Below are positions 16,188 through 24,721 of a DNA stretch of 64,000 nucleotides, piece after piece. The first letter of the stretch is position 1; every line of letters begins with the position of its first letter. The stretch comes from Kiritimatiellia bacterium (GTDB lineage: Bacteria; Verrucomicrobiota; Kiritimatiellia; CAIKKV01). Below the pieces are notes generated by a model. The model ran no database searches, had not been told where the DNA came from, and saw nothing but the letters and a program-made list of their open reading frames with translations. The stretch lies in assembly GCA_046484345.1 (NCBI GenBank), contig JAWOJA010000088.1:8271-72270 (forward strand). The letters run 5' to 3'. The position numbers and the translations under genes were made by a program.

Positions 16188-17366
16188 CTAACGGGGAGCG
16201 GCCAGGAGGTCGCGGCCCACGAGCAACATGCGGGGCAGGTGGAAGAACCCCTTCCACTTGCCGCCCTTGAGGTAATGCGTGGGGTTGCCGAAGCGGTCCA
16301 GGTACCCGATCCATTCGCCGTACTGCGGATCGGGATAGCGGGCCCACGTCCAGGCGTGCAGCTTGTCGAACCAGTCGGCAAATTCCGCCCGCCCCGTCAG
16401 CCGGTGGGCCAGCGCCGCCGCCAGGATCGCCTCGTTGTGCACCCACCAAAGCTTCATGTTCCATTGCAGCTCCACGTGCGGCTTGCCCAACACGTCCATG
16501 AAATAATAGATCCCGCCATGCTCGCGGTCCCACCCGAACTCCAGCTCCGCCAGGATGATCTCCGCCGCCCGCGGAATCCAGTCGGGACGGTTCAACTGCT
16601 TCGCCGCATGCAGGATGAACCACATCGCCTCCAAGGCGTGGCCCGGATTCAAATGCCGGCCGTTCATCGACTCCAGGTCGAACGTCCCGTCCAACCCGAC
16701 ATTCTCGAACAGCACCTTCTTTTCCGGATTCCAGAACGTGTTGAACACCAAATCCACAGTGCGCGCCAGCTCGGCGTCGTGCGTGGTGTCCCCCAGACAC
16801 TCGCGCAGCACCATCCGCAGGTTCACCTTCATCATGTAGAATCCGAGCGACCGCATCGGCTTGCGGCCGGGCAGCTCCTTGGTCCACTCCCCCTTTGGCC
16901 TCTCCTCGCGCGCCAGGTACGCCGCATAGGCGCGCAACGCCTCGGCCCGCGCCGCCGGATCGCCGTTGGCCCGGAACAGCGCCGCACAGCCCATGACGGC
17001 GAAACACTCCGAAAATACGGAATAGGGCGCCATTGCGGGCGCGCCCGCCCGGTTGAGGGAAAAATAGTACCGCCCCTGCCCGTCACGCCCGTGGCGCATC
17101 AGGAAGTTGTATCCGTTTTCGGCCAACGCCAGCCACTCGGGGTTGCGGTCGACCTTGACATACAGCTCGCTGAGCATCCATACCACGCGCCATTGCAGCC
17201 ACATGAACTTCTCCGTGTCGTACACGGAGCCGTCGCGGTCCAGGCAGGTGAAATAACCGCCCGCGTCGTGGTCCGGGCAGTGACGGATCCAAAACGGGAT
17301 CACATCGTCCGTCAACGCCCGCTCATAGGTTTCACGATAAGGCGCCAGCCGATCCATTCCAGCCAT
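16188..17366 (-). CDS. AGE-family (N-acylglucosamine / cellobiose 2-epimerase-like) epimerase
   Basis: ORF 16188..17414. The likely start is MAGMDRLAPYRETYERAL at 17366. VIPFWIRHCPDHDAGGYFTCLDRDG and repeated (alpha/alpha)6 barrel motifs are typical of the AGE family. Confidence 0.85.
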   Translation of the reverse strand: MAGMDRLAPYRETYERALTDDVIPFWIRHCPDHDAGGYFTCLDRDGSVYDTEKFMWLQWRVVWMLSELYVKVDRNPEWLALAENGYNFLMRHGRDGQGRYYFSLNRAGAPAMAPYSVFSECFAVMGCAALFRANGDPAARAEALRAYAAYLAREERPKGEWTKELPGRKPMRSLGFYMMKVNLRMVLRECLGDTTHDAELARTVDLVFNTFWNPEKKVLFENVGLDGTFDLESMNGRHLNPGHALEAMWFILHAAKQLNRPDWIPRAAEIILAELEFGWDREHGGIYYFMDVLGKPHVELQWNMKLWWVHNEAILAAALAHRLTGRAEFADWFDKLHAWTWARYPDPQYGEWIGYLDRFGNPTHYLKGGKWKGFFHLPRMLLVGRDLLAAPR

Positions 17367-17511
17367 GTGAATCTCCTTGGTGACGTAAATTCGAAATCCT
17401 ACCCCATCACACACCCCCGCGCAAGCCTGTTACCCGGGCAAAAAAAGCAGGCCAACACCCCCATTGACAGTATTTACCAATCTACGTTTTTTAATATGGT
17501 GTGATTATACA

Positions 17512-17540
17512 TTGACGAGCGGGAGGAGGGTTTCTAAAAT
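17512..17540 (+). promoter_or_regulatory. Sigma70-like promoter upstream of the CBS / hydrogenase-like operon
   Basis: TTGACG (17512-17517), a 17-nt spacer, then TAAAAT (17535-17540), in an AT-rich intergenic region. A GGAGG RBS precedes the ATG at 17595. Confidence 0.4.
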
Positions 17541-17594
17541 AAAGCCATCGGATACAATTTTGTCCTCAAATCAGTTCCAAACACCACAGGAGGC

Positions 17595-18041
17595 ATGCCG
17601 ATGAATACGCCGATCGCCCAATTGCTGGACCGCAAAGGTCACACTGTCGCTACCATCTCCCCCACCGCTTCCGTCTTCGAAGCCATTCAGTTGATGGACG
17701 ACAAACAGGTCGGATCCCTTCTCATCATGAACAAAAGCGGCAAATTGGCCGGACTCCTTACCGAACGCGACTGCTTCCGGAAGGTCATTCTCGTCGAAAA
17801 ACAGCCCCGCACGGTCACCGTCAAGGAGGCCATGACCAAAAAAGTCATCTACATGACGCCCGAATCCACCATCGACGACGCCATGGCCGTCATGACCCAA
17901 AAGCGCATCCGCCACCTTCCCGTGATCGATAAAGACAAAGTCTGCGGCATCATCTCCATCGGCGACCTGGTCAAATTCATGGCCACCGAACAGGACCTGA
18001 TGATCCACAATCTCGAAAAATATATCGAGGGCTCGCTGTAA
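17595..18041 (+). CDS. CBS-domain pair protein
   Basis: 148 aa with two CBS repeats (VATISPTASVFEAIQLMDDKQVGSLLIM... and VIYMTPESTIDDAMAVMTQKRIRHLPVIDKDKVCGIISIGDL). Confidence 0.85.
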   Translation: MPMNTPIAQLLDRKGHTVATISPTASVFEAIQLMDDKQVGSLLIMNKSGKLAGLLTERDCFRKVILVEKQPRTVTVKEAMTKKVIYMTPESTIDDAMAVMTQKRIRHLPVIDKDKVCGIISIGDLVKFMATEQDLMIHNLEKYIEGSL

Positions 18042-18063
18042 CATCCCGCCGGAGGCAGATCCC

Positions 18064-18615
18064 ATGACCGATTCCGCCGCTCCCCGCCCCTGCGCCTGCG
18101 CCTGCCAATCCGATCCCTTACCCGAGTCTGTCCTTTACAGCAGGCTGGATGAGGTGATCGCCGAGTACAAGGACAAACCGGGCGGGCTCATCCCCGCCCT
18201 CCAAACCGCCCAGGCCATCTTCGGCTTCCTGCCCGAGCCGGCTCTTCAGAAAATCAGCGCCGGCTTCAACAAGCCCTACAGCGAGGTCGCCGGCGTCGTC
18301 AGCTTCTACTCCTTCTTCTCCACCACCCCGCGCGGCAAATACCTCGTCCGCGTCTGCCTCGGCACCGCCTGCTACGTGCGCGGCGGCAAGGAGGTCCTCG
18401 CCGCCATGAAGAAAAAACTGGCCATCGATGTGGGCCAGACCACCGCCGACCGCCTCTTCTCCCTCGAAGTCGGGCGCTGCTTCGGCGCCTGCGGCATGGC
18501 CCCCGTGGTCATGATCAACGACACCGTCCACCAGCGCGTGAAGCCCGCCCGCATCGGCGAGCTGCTCGCCCGCCTGGCCGCCGATGAAAAGCCCGCCGCG
18601 AAGGAGCGTCCATGA
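18064..18615 (+). CDS. NuoE/HydC-like [2Fe-2S] thioredoxin-fold subunit
   Basis: 183 aa with the motifs VCLGTACYVRG...VGRCFGACGMAPV, the four Cys of the NuoE-type 2Fe-2S cluster. Its stop overlaps the next ATG (ATGA at 18612). Confidence 0.9.
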   Translation: MTDSAAPRPCACACQSDPLPESVLYSRLDEVIAEYKDKPGGLIPALQTAQAIFGFLPEPALQKISAGFNKPYSEVAGVVSFYSFFSTTPRGKYLVRVCLGTACYVRGGKEVLAAMKKKLAIDVGQTTADRLFSLEVGRCFGACGMAPVVMINDTVHQRVKPARIGELLARLAADEKPAAKERP

Positions 18616-21600
18616 GCCCGTCCGCCCCCGCCCCCATCCGTTCGACCGCCGAACTCGACGCCCTGCGCAAGGCCGAGCAGGCCACCAACCCCTCCTGCGA
18701 CGCTTCCGACAAACGCCGCATCCTCTGCTGCATGGGCGGCAGCTGCCTCGCCTCGGGCTCCCGCGCCGTGCGCGACGCGCTCGCCGCCGAACTCACCGCC
18801 GCCGGCCTGCAGGACCAGGTCGCCCTCGTCGATACCGGCTGCATGGGCCCCTGCGTGATCGGACCCGTCCTGCTCATGGGCGACGACCAGACCTTCTACC
18901 AGGGCGTGAAGCCCGAGGACGCGCGCGATATCGTCCGCCAGCACCTCGGCGACGGCCGGCGCGTCGACCGCCTGCTGGTCCACGACGCCGCCGGCAAGAA
19001 CCCCCAGCCCCTGCGCGACGATATCGATTTCTTCAAGCGCCAAGTCCCCCTGGTCCTGCGCAACTGCGGCTGGATCAACCCGGAACGGATCGAGGACTAC
19101 ATCGCCCGCGACGGCTACGCCGGCCTGGCCAAAGTGCTCGGGGGCATGACTCCCGAACAGGTGATCGAACAGATGAAAAAGGCCGGCCTGCGCGGCCGCG
19201 GCGGCGCGGGCTTCCCCACCTGGATGAAGTGGAACTTCACCCGTCAGGCCGCCGGCGACGTGAAATACGTGCTTTGCAACGCCGACGAGGGCGACCCCGG
19301 CGCCTACATGGACCGCAGCGTGCTGGAGGGCGACCCCCACAGCGTCATCGAGGGCATGGCCATCGCCGCCTACGCCGTGGGTGCGGCCCAGGGCTACGTC
19401 TACGTCCGCGCGGAATACCCCCTCGCCGTGGAGCGCCTCTCCACAGCCCTCACGCAGGCCCGCGAACGCGGCCTGCTGGGCCCTTCCATCCTGGGCACGC
19501 CTTTCGCCTTCGACCTCGAAATCCGCATGGGCTCGGGCGCTTTCGTCTGCGGCGAGGAAACCGCCCTCATCGCTTCCATCGAAGGCAAGCGCGGTGAACC
19601 GCGCCCGCGGCCGCCTTTCCCCGCCCAGAAGGGACTCTGGAACAAGCCGACCGTGCTCAACAATGTGGAAACCTATGCCAACGTGCCGGCCATCCTGATC
19701 AAGGGCGGCGACTGGTATGCCGGCTGGGGCACCGCGAAAAGCAAGGGCACGAAGGTCTTCGCCCTCGCCGGCGCGGTGCGCAACACCGGCCTCGTGGAGG
19801 TACCCGTCGGCACCTCGTTGGGCGAGGTCATCTACGATATCGGCGGCGGCATCCGCAACAACCGCCGCTTCAAGGCCGCCCAGATCGGGGGCCCGTCGGG
19901 CGGTTGCATCCCGCGCGAACACCTCAACGTGCCGCTCGACTACGAAACACTCTCCAACCTGGGCGCCATTATGGGCTCGGGCGGCCTGATCGTGATGGAC
20001 GAGGATGCCTGCATGGTGGATGTGGCCCGCTTCTTCATCGAATTCGTCCAGGAGGAGTCCTGCGGCAAATGCCCCCCCTGCCGGGTCGGCACCCGCCGCA
20101 TGCAGGAAATCCTCGAACGCATCTGCGCGGGCAAGGGCGAAATGAAGGACATCGACCGGCTGCTCGAGCTCGGCGCCTTCATCAAGGAATCCTCCCTTTG
20201 CGGGCTGGGCCAAACCGCCCCCAACCCCGTGCTCTCCACCATCCGCCATTTCCGGCACGAATATGAGGCGCATATCCGCGACAAGCACTGCGAGGCCGGC
20301 GTCTGCCCGTCCCTCGTCCGCGCCCCCTGCCTGAGCGCCTGCCCCGTGGGGGTGGATGTGCCGGGCTTCGTGGCCCTCGTGGGCGACAAGCGCTACGCCG
20401 AAGCCCTCAAGCTGCACCGCGACAAAAATCCCTTCGCCTCCGTCTGCGCGCGGGTCTGCTTCCACACCTGCGAGGATAAGTGCCGCCGCGCTTCCCTCGA
20501 CGAGCCCGTCTCGATCCGCGGGGTCAAGCGGTTCATGGTCGACCAGGAGGTCACGCTACAGGTTCCCGAAGTGCGCGAAAATCCCGCGAACGCGGCCCGC
20601 AAGGTGGCCATCGTGGGGGCCGGGCCGGCCGGCCTCTCGTGCGCCTACTTCCTGGCGCGCCTCGGGTACAAGCCCGATGTCTTCGAGGCCGAGCAGCGGC
20701 CCGGCGGCATGCTGGTGCAGGCCATTCCCGCCTACCGGCTCCCGCGCGAGGAGCTCGCCCGCGAAGTGCGCATGATCGAACAACTCGGCGTGACCCTCGA
20801 GACAGGCAAGGCGCTGGGACGCGACTTCACCCTGCCCGAGCTGCACGATCGGGGCTATGAGGTGGTCTTCGCCGCCGTTGGGGCCCCCCAGGGCATGACC
20901 TTGGAGATCCCCGGCGTGGAGGCCAAGGGCGTGACGGAGGCCATGGCCTTCCTGCGCCAGTATAACATCCGCGGCTCGGTGCCGGTCGGCAAACGCGTGG
21001 CCGTCATCGGCGGCGGCAACGCGGCCATCGATGCGGCCCGCACCGCCATCCGCCTGGGAGCAACCAGCGTGACCGTCCTCTACCGCCGCACACGGGAGGA
21101 GATGCCGGCCTACGCGGAGGAGATCGAGGAGGCCCTTCAGGAAGGTGTCGCGCTGCGCACGCTGACGAATCCCGAGGCCTGCGTGGTCGAGGCCGGCCGG
21201 GTAACCGGCGTCCGCTGCCGCTCCATGAAGCTCGGCGAATTCGACCGCTCGGGCCGGCGCCGGCCCGAGGCCGATGGCCCCGAGGCCACGGAAATCATAC
21301 CCGCCGACCAGGTCATCCTTGCCATCGGCCAGACGCTCAACGCGAAGGCGCTCTTCAAGCCGCTGGAGGTGGAGCTGACCGAACGCGGCTGGATCAAGGC
21401 CGATCCGCGCACGGGCCGGACCTCGGTGCCGTGGCTCTATGCGGGCGGAGACGCCGCCGCGGGCCCCTCTTCGGTGGCCGAGGCCATCGGCGCCGGCGAA
21501 CGCGCGGCCGTGGCCATGGATGCGGCCCTCTCCGGCGCCTCGCACGCCTTCTGGCGCGATTACACGGAAGTGTCGGTCGGCTTCAATCCCGAGGCGGACC

Positions 21601-21782
21601 CCACCGCGGATCCGCGCGAAAAACTGCACACGATCGGACTCGAACGGCGGCGCCACAACTTTACCGAGGTGGAACAGCCCTGGAGCGAAAGCACGGCCGT
21701 CCGCCAGGCCCGGCGGTGCCTGCGTTGCGATTATGGAAAACAACCCTGCCCGAGCGTAGATGGGGAGAACCGGCCATGCTGA
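18612..21782 (+). CDS. Fusion protein: HndB-like 2Fe-2S domain + NuoF/HydB-like flavoprotein + GltD/NfnB-like FAD/NAD(P)H oxidoreductase
   Basis: 1056 aa.
- N-terminus: CCMGGSCLASG...TGCMGPCVIGP, a thioredoxin-like ferredoxin.
- Middle: GLRGRGGAGFPTWMKW, NADEGDPGAYMDR and ESCGKCPPCRVGT (NuoF FMN/NADH/N3 motifs).
- C-terminus: APCLSACPVGVDVPGF...NPFASVCARVCFHTCEDKCRR, then VAIVGAGPAGLSCAYFLARLGY...GGML and VAVIGGGNAAIDAART (GltD/NfnB-type). Confidence 0.9.
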   Translation: MSPSAPAPIRSTAELDALRKAEQATNPSCDASDKRRILCCMGGSCLASGSRAVRDALAAELTAAGLQDQVALVDTGCMGPCVIGPVLLMGDDQTFYQGVKPEDARDIVRQHLGDGRRVDRLLVHDAAGKNPQPLRDDIDFFKRQVPLVLRNCGWINPERIEDYIARDGYAGLAKVLGGMTPEQVIEQMKKAGLRGRGGAGFPTWMKWNFTRQAAGDVKYVLCNADEGDPGAYMDRSVLEGDPHSVIEGMAIAAYAVGAAQGYVYVRAEYPLAVERLSTALTQARERGLLGPSILGTPFAFDLEIRMGSGAFVCGEETALIASIEGKRGEPRPRPPFPAQKGLWNKPTVLNNVETYANVPAILIKGGDWYAGWGTAKSKGTKVFALAGAVRNTGLVEVPVGTSLGEVIYDIGGGIRNNRRFKAAQIGGPSGGCIPREHLNVPLDYETLSNLGAIMGSGGLIVMDEDACMVDVARFFIEFVQEESCGKCPPCRVGTRRMQEILERICAGKGEMKDIDRLLELGAFIKESSLCGLGQTAPNPVLSTIRHFRHEYEAHIRDKHCEAGVCPSLVRAPCLSACPVGVDVPGFVALVGDKRYAEALKLHRDKNPFASVCARVCFHTCEDKCRRASLDEPVSIRGVKRFMVDQEVTLQVPEVRENPANAARKVAIVGAGPAGLSCAYFLARLGYKPDVFEAEQRPGGMLVQAIPAYRLPREELAREVRMIEQLGVTLETGKALGRDFTLPELHDRGYEVVFAAVGAPQGMTLEIPGVEAKGVTEAMAFLRQYNIRGSVPVGKRVAVIGGGNAAIDAARTAIRLGATSVTVLYRRTREEMPAYAEEIEEALQEGVALRTLTNPEACVVEAGRVTGVRCRSMKLGEFDRSGRRRPEADGPEATEIIPADQVILAIGQTLNAKALFKPLEVELTERGWIKADPRTGRTSVPWLYAGGDAAAGPSSVAEAIGAGERAAVAMDAALSGASHAFWRDYTEVSVGFNPEADPTADPREKLHTIGLERRRHNFTEVEQPWSESTAVRQARRCLRCDYGKQPCPSVDGENRPC

Positions 21783-23542
21783 CACTCATGATCAACGCGC
21801 GCAAACTGAGCGTTCCGGAAGGCAGCTCAATCCTGGCGGCCGCCCGCGGGGCCGGCATCTCCATACCAACTCTCTGCCATATGGAGCATCGTGAACCAAT
21901 CGGCGCCTGCCGGGTCTGCCTGGTGGAGGTCGAGGGCGCCCGCACCCTGGCGGCGGCCTGCTCCACGCCCGTGACCGAAAACATGGTGGTCCTGACACAC
22001 AGCCCGCGGGCCCGCGCGGCCCGGCGCAAGGTGGTGGAGCTGTTGCTCTCCGAGCACGATGGCTACTGCCCGACCTGCGACCGCAACCGCAGCTGTGAAT
22101 TACGCGCTTTGGCGGACGAATTGGGGGTCGCCCGCCTGCCTTTTGAAGGAGAAAAAACCGCGCCCCACCGGGATGAATCGACTCCCGCCCTGGTGCGCGA
22201 CAACGCCAAATGCGTCAAATGCCGCCGCTGCGTCACGGTCTGCGCGGAGGTGCAGGGCGTGGGCGCGCTGTTCCCGCAGGGGCGCGGCTTCAAGACGATG
22301 ATCGGGCCGGCTTTCACGCGCGATCTCGAAGGCGTGGCCTGCGTGCAGTGCGGCCAGTGCGCCGCCGTCTGCCCCGTGGGGGCCATCTCGGAGAAAAGCG
22401 CCATTCCGGAAATCTGGAAGGCTTTGGAGGATCCCGCCAAGACCGTGCTGGTGCAGACCGCGCCCGCCATCCGGGCGGCGCTGGGCGAGGAATTCGGCTA
22501 TCCGGCCGGCACGCGGGTGACCGGTAAAATGGCCGCCGCCCTGCGCCGGATCGGCTTCGACGGGGTGTTCGACACCAACTTCACGGCCGATCTGACCATC
22601 CTCGAGGAAGGCACCGAGCTGCTGACCCGTCTCAAAAACGTGCTGGTCGACAAGGGCAATGCGGCGCTGCCGCTCTTCACGAGCTGCTCGCCGGGCTGGA
22701 TCAAGTTCGCGGAATACTATTTTCCCGAATTTCTGCCCAACATCTCCACCTGCAAGTCGCCCCAGCAGATGTTCGGGGCGGTGGCGAAAACCTATTACGC
22801 CCAGAAGCTGGGGCGCAAGGCCGACGATATCGTGGTCGTGTCGGTCATGCCCTGCACGGCGAAAAAGTTCGAGGCCCAGCGGCCGGAAATGAACGCCAGC
22901 GGCGTGCGGGACGTGGATTACGTGATGACCACGCGGGAACTGGCCCGGATGATCCGGGAGGCGGGCCTCGATTTCACCACCCTGCCGGATGAGGCGATGG
23001 ACGCCCCGCTGGGGCTCTCCTCGGGCGCGGCCGACATCTTTGCCAACACGGGCGGGGTGATGGAGGCGGCGCTGCGCACGGCCTATGAAATCGTCACCGG
23101 CCGCGAGCTTCCGTCGGACAACCTGCATGTCGGCGCCATCGCGGGCCTGGAGGGAATCAAGGAGGCCTCGCTGCCGGTCACCGGCTGTCTGCCGGCGTGG
23201 TCCTTCCTGGAAGGCGCGGTTTTGAAGGTGGCGGTGGCGCACGGTCTGGGGAACGCCCGCAAGTTGTTGAATCTCATCAAGAGCGGGGCGACCTATCACT
23301 TCATTGAGATCATGACCTGTCCCGGCGGTTGCATTGGCGGGGGCGGCCAGCCCCGGTATACTGATGATGCCGTGCGGCTGAAACGAATCGCGGCCATCTA
23401 CGCCGAGGATGAGGGCAAGCCGATCCGCAAGTCGCACCAGAACCCCGACGTCATGAAGCTCTACGAGGAATTCCTGAAGAAGCCGCTGGGCGAAAAATCC
23501 CATCACCTTCTTCACACGCATTACCATCAGAGGAACACGTAG
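21776..23542 (+). CDS. [FeFe]-hydrogenase HydA-like catalytic subunit with an atypical H-cluster L1 motif (TSCSPGW)
   Basis: The start MLTLMINARKL at 21776 overlaps the upstream stop. It has an N-terminal 2Fe-2S (NuoG-like) domain and 4Fe-4S domains (CVKCRRCVTVC, CVQCGQCAAVCP). H-domain motifs L2 MPCTAKKFE and L3 EIMTCPGGCIGGGGQP are intact. L1 reads FTSCSPGW (22679-22699) instead of TSCCPxW. Confidence 0.9.
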   Translation: MLTLMINARKLSVPEGSSILAAARGAGISIPTLCHMEHREPIGACRVCLVEVEGARTLAAACSTPVTENMVVLTHSPRARAARRKVVELLLSEHDGYCPTCDRNRSCELRALADELGVARLPFEGEKTAPHRDESTPALVRDNAKCVKCRRCVTVCAEVQGVGALFPQGRGFKTMIGPAFTRDLEGVACVQCGQCAAVCPVGAISEKSAIPEIWKALEDPAKTVLVQTAPAIRAALGEEFGYPAGTRVTGKMAAALRRIGFDGVFDTNFTADLTILEEGTELLTRLKNVLVDKGNAALPLFTSCSPGWIKFAEYYFPEFLPNISTCKSPQQMFGAVAKTYYAQKLGRKADDIVVVSVMPCTAKKFEAQRPEMNASGVRDVDYVMTTRELARMIREAGLDFTTLPDEAMDAPLGLSSGAADIFANTGGVMEAALRTAYEIVTGRELPSDNLHVGAIAGLEGIKEASLPVTGCLPAWSFLEGAVLKVAVAHGLGNARKLLNLIKSGATYHFIEIMTCPGGCIGGGGQPRYTDDAVRLKRIAAIYAEDEGKPIRKSHQNPDVMKLYEEFLKKPLGEKSHHLLHTHYHQRNT

Positions 23543-23612
23543 TCACGACTGCAGTGCCGTGCGGCTACGCCCGAGCCAAGGCGCTAATAGAGGTCAAGGG
23601 TAGAGTAGGCGG

Positions 23613-23800
23613 GTGGCCATCCAGATCGATATTGGCTGCGGCGATGCCCTGACGCCCGAGCCACAACTGATCGACTATCGCAACCTGCGAGAAGGCGGCG
23701 CCACCCCTGCCAAGATGCTGTGTGGACGGGGTGGCACCCGTCCCTCCCAAGAGAAGAACCGGAAATCGAAATCAGAACCGGGGTCCTGCCTCCGCCATCT
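23613..23800 (+). pseudogene. Remnant of an AbiEii/DUF1814-type nucleotidyltransferase toxin gene
   Basis: The short translated stretch AIQIDIGCGDALTPEPQLIDYRNL resembles the conserved (V/I)DIGFGD(A/V)(V/I)TPxP...(D/E)YP.L core of AbiEii-family proteins as I remember it. There is no full-length ORF, and downstream similarity seems to shift frame (..PRE..). This is a recollection-based call. Confidence 0.3.
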
Positions 23801-23808
23801 CCTGCCTC

Positions 23809-24195
23809 TCAAAGCACAAGACCTAAGATCGCTCGCAAGTGCGCGCGTGCTAGTTTCATGATGGAAATGGCGATTTTGGCGTCCCCGTTTGTTGCCGATT
23901 CTCCAGGGTAACGGAACTCAACTGCATAGACGGATAACCGCACCATGTCCGGTCGCAAAGATATTAGAGAAGGATAGGCGACGACACATTGGTCCAGCAA
24001 GACGGGCAAGGCGTGGATCTTATGGACAACGGATTCATGCTTTTCAAGAATAGCTTTCAGGTATTTCTCGACGCATTGCTGCGCATGAAAGCATACGGCG
24101 TTATGGGCGGAATAACGACGGACCCGCCCCAGTGACAGGGCCACCTGAAAATCTTCCTCTGCCTTTTCCACCCATTCGTCCACGGGCTTACTCAT
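23809..24195 (-). CDS. HEPN-domain protein (toxin of a HEPN/MNT pair)
   Basis: 128 aa with WVEKAEEDFQVA...FHAQQCVEKYLKA...H.L..L....EFRYPG, the pattern of PF05168-type HEPN proteins. It overlaps the upstream MNT gene by 8 bp. Confidence 0.85.
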   Translation of the reverse strand: MSKPVDEWVEKAEEDFQVALSLGRVRRYSAHNAVCFHAQQCVEKYLKAILEKHESVVHKIHALPVLLDQCVVAYPSLISLRPDMVRLSVYAVEFRYPGESATNGDAKIAISIMKLARAHLRAILGLVL

Positions 24196-24514
24196 AGAGC
24201 ACCTCGCCGTCTTCCAGGATGCTCCGGATAAAGGTGTCGTTCATAGCCAAGCGTTCGGCCACTTCCGCCGGCCGCTTGACCAGCAAATCCATGGGAAAGG
24301 GAGTGTCCGCTGTCAGGCGGATGGCAATGGCCTGGTCCACGTTCCGAGGCTTGTCGTGGTCCATGATGACCAGAATATCGACATCGCTATCTTCCGTGGC
24401 CTTGCCGCGGGCATAGGAGCCGAAAAGGACCACGCGCTGCGGACGGAACTCCCGGCCCAGCGTTCTGGCATATTTTCGAATGAGGGTACGATTAACCATG
24501 ATCGTTCTTTTCAA
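24188..24514 (-). CDS. Minimal nucleotidyltransferase (MNT antitoxin of the HEPN/MNT pair)
   Basis: 108 aa with VVLFGSYARGKATEDSDVDILVIM, the GSxxRG...DxD pol-beta nucleotidyltransferase signature. Confidence 0.9.
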   Translation of the reverse strand: MKRTIMVNRTLIRKYARTLGREFRPQRVVLFGSYARGKATEDSDVDILVIMDHDKPRNVDQAIAIRLTADTPFPMDLLVKRPAEVAERLAMNDTFIRSILEDGEVLYE

Positions 24515-24721
24515 GCACGTTTATTGGCACGGGGACAATATAACAGGAACCGCTGCCGAAGGCGAAAGCAAAAAGATGGCTGTTATTGCGCGATCCTTCG
24601 GGGCTCAAGGGAGATTCTCCCATGCACAGCGAGTCCTCATCCCGCTGGCCCCGGCTGGTACCAAGCCCGAACAAGCCCACCAGCCGCCTTCTGGCCATAG
24701 GGGTCACTTAGAGAATAGCGG

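Noticed and set aside
18372-20465. 697-aa - strand ORF (plus 20556..21785 and 22100..23527)
   Set aside because: These are antisense to the NuoF-GltD fusion and hydA-like genes, with Ala/Gly/Asp/His-rich nonsense composition.
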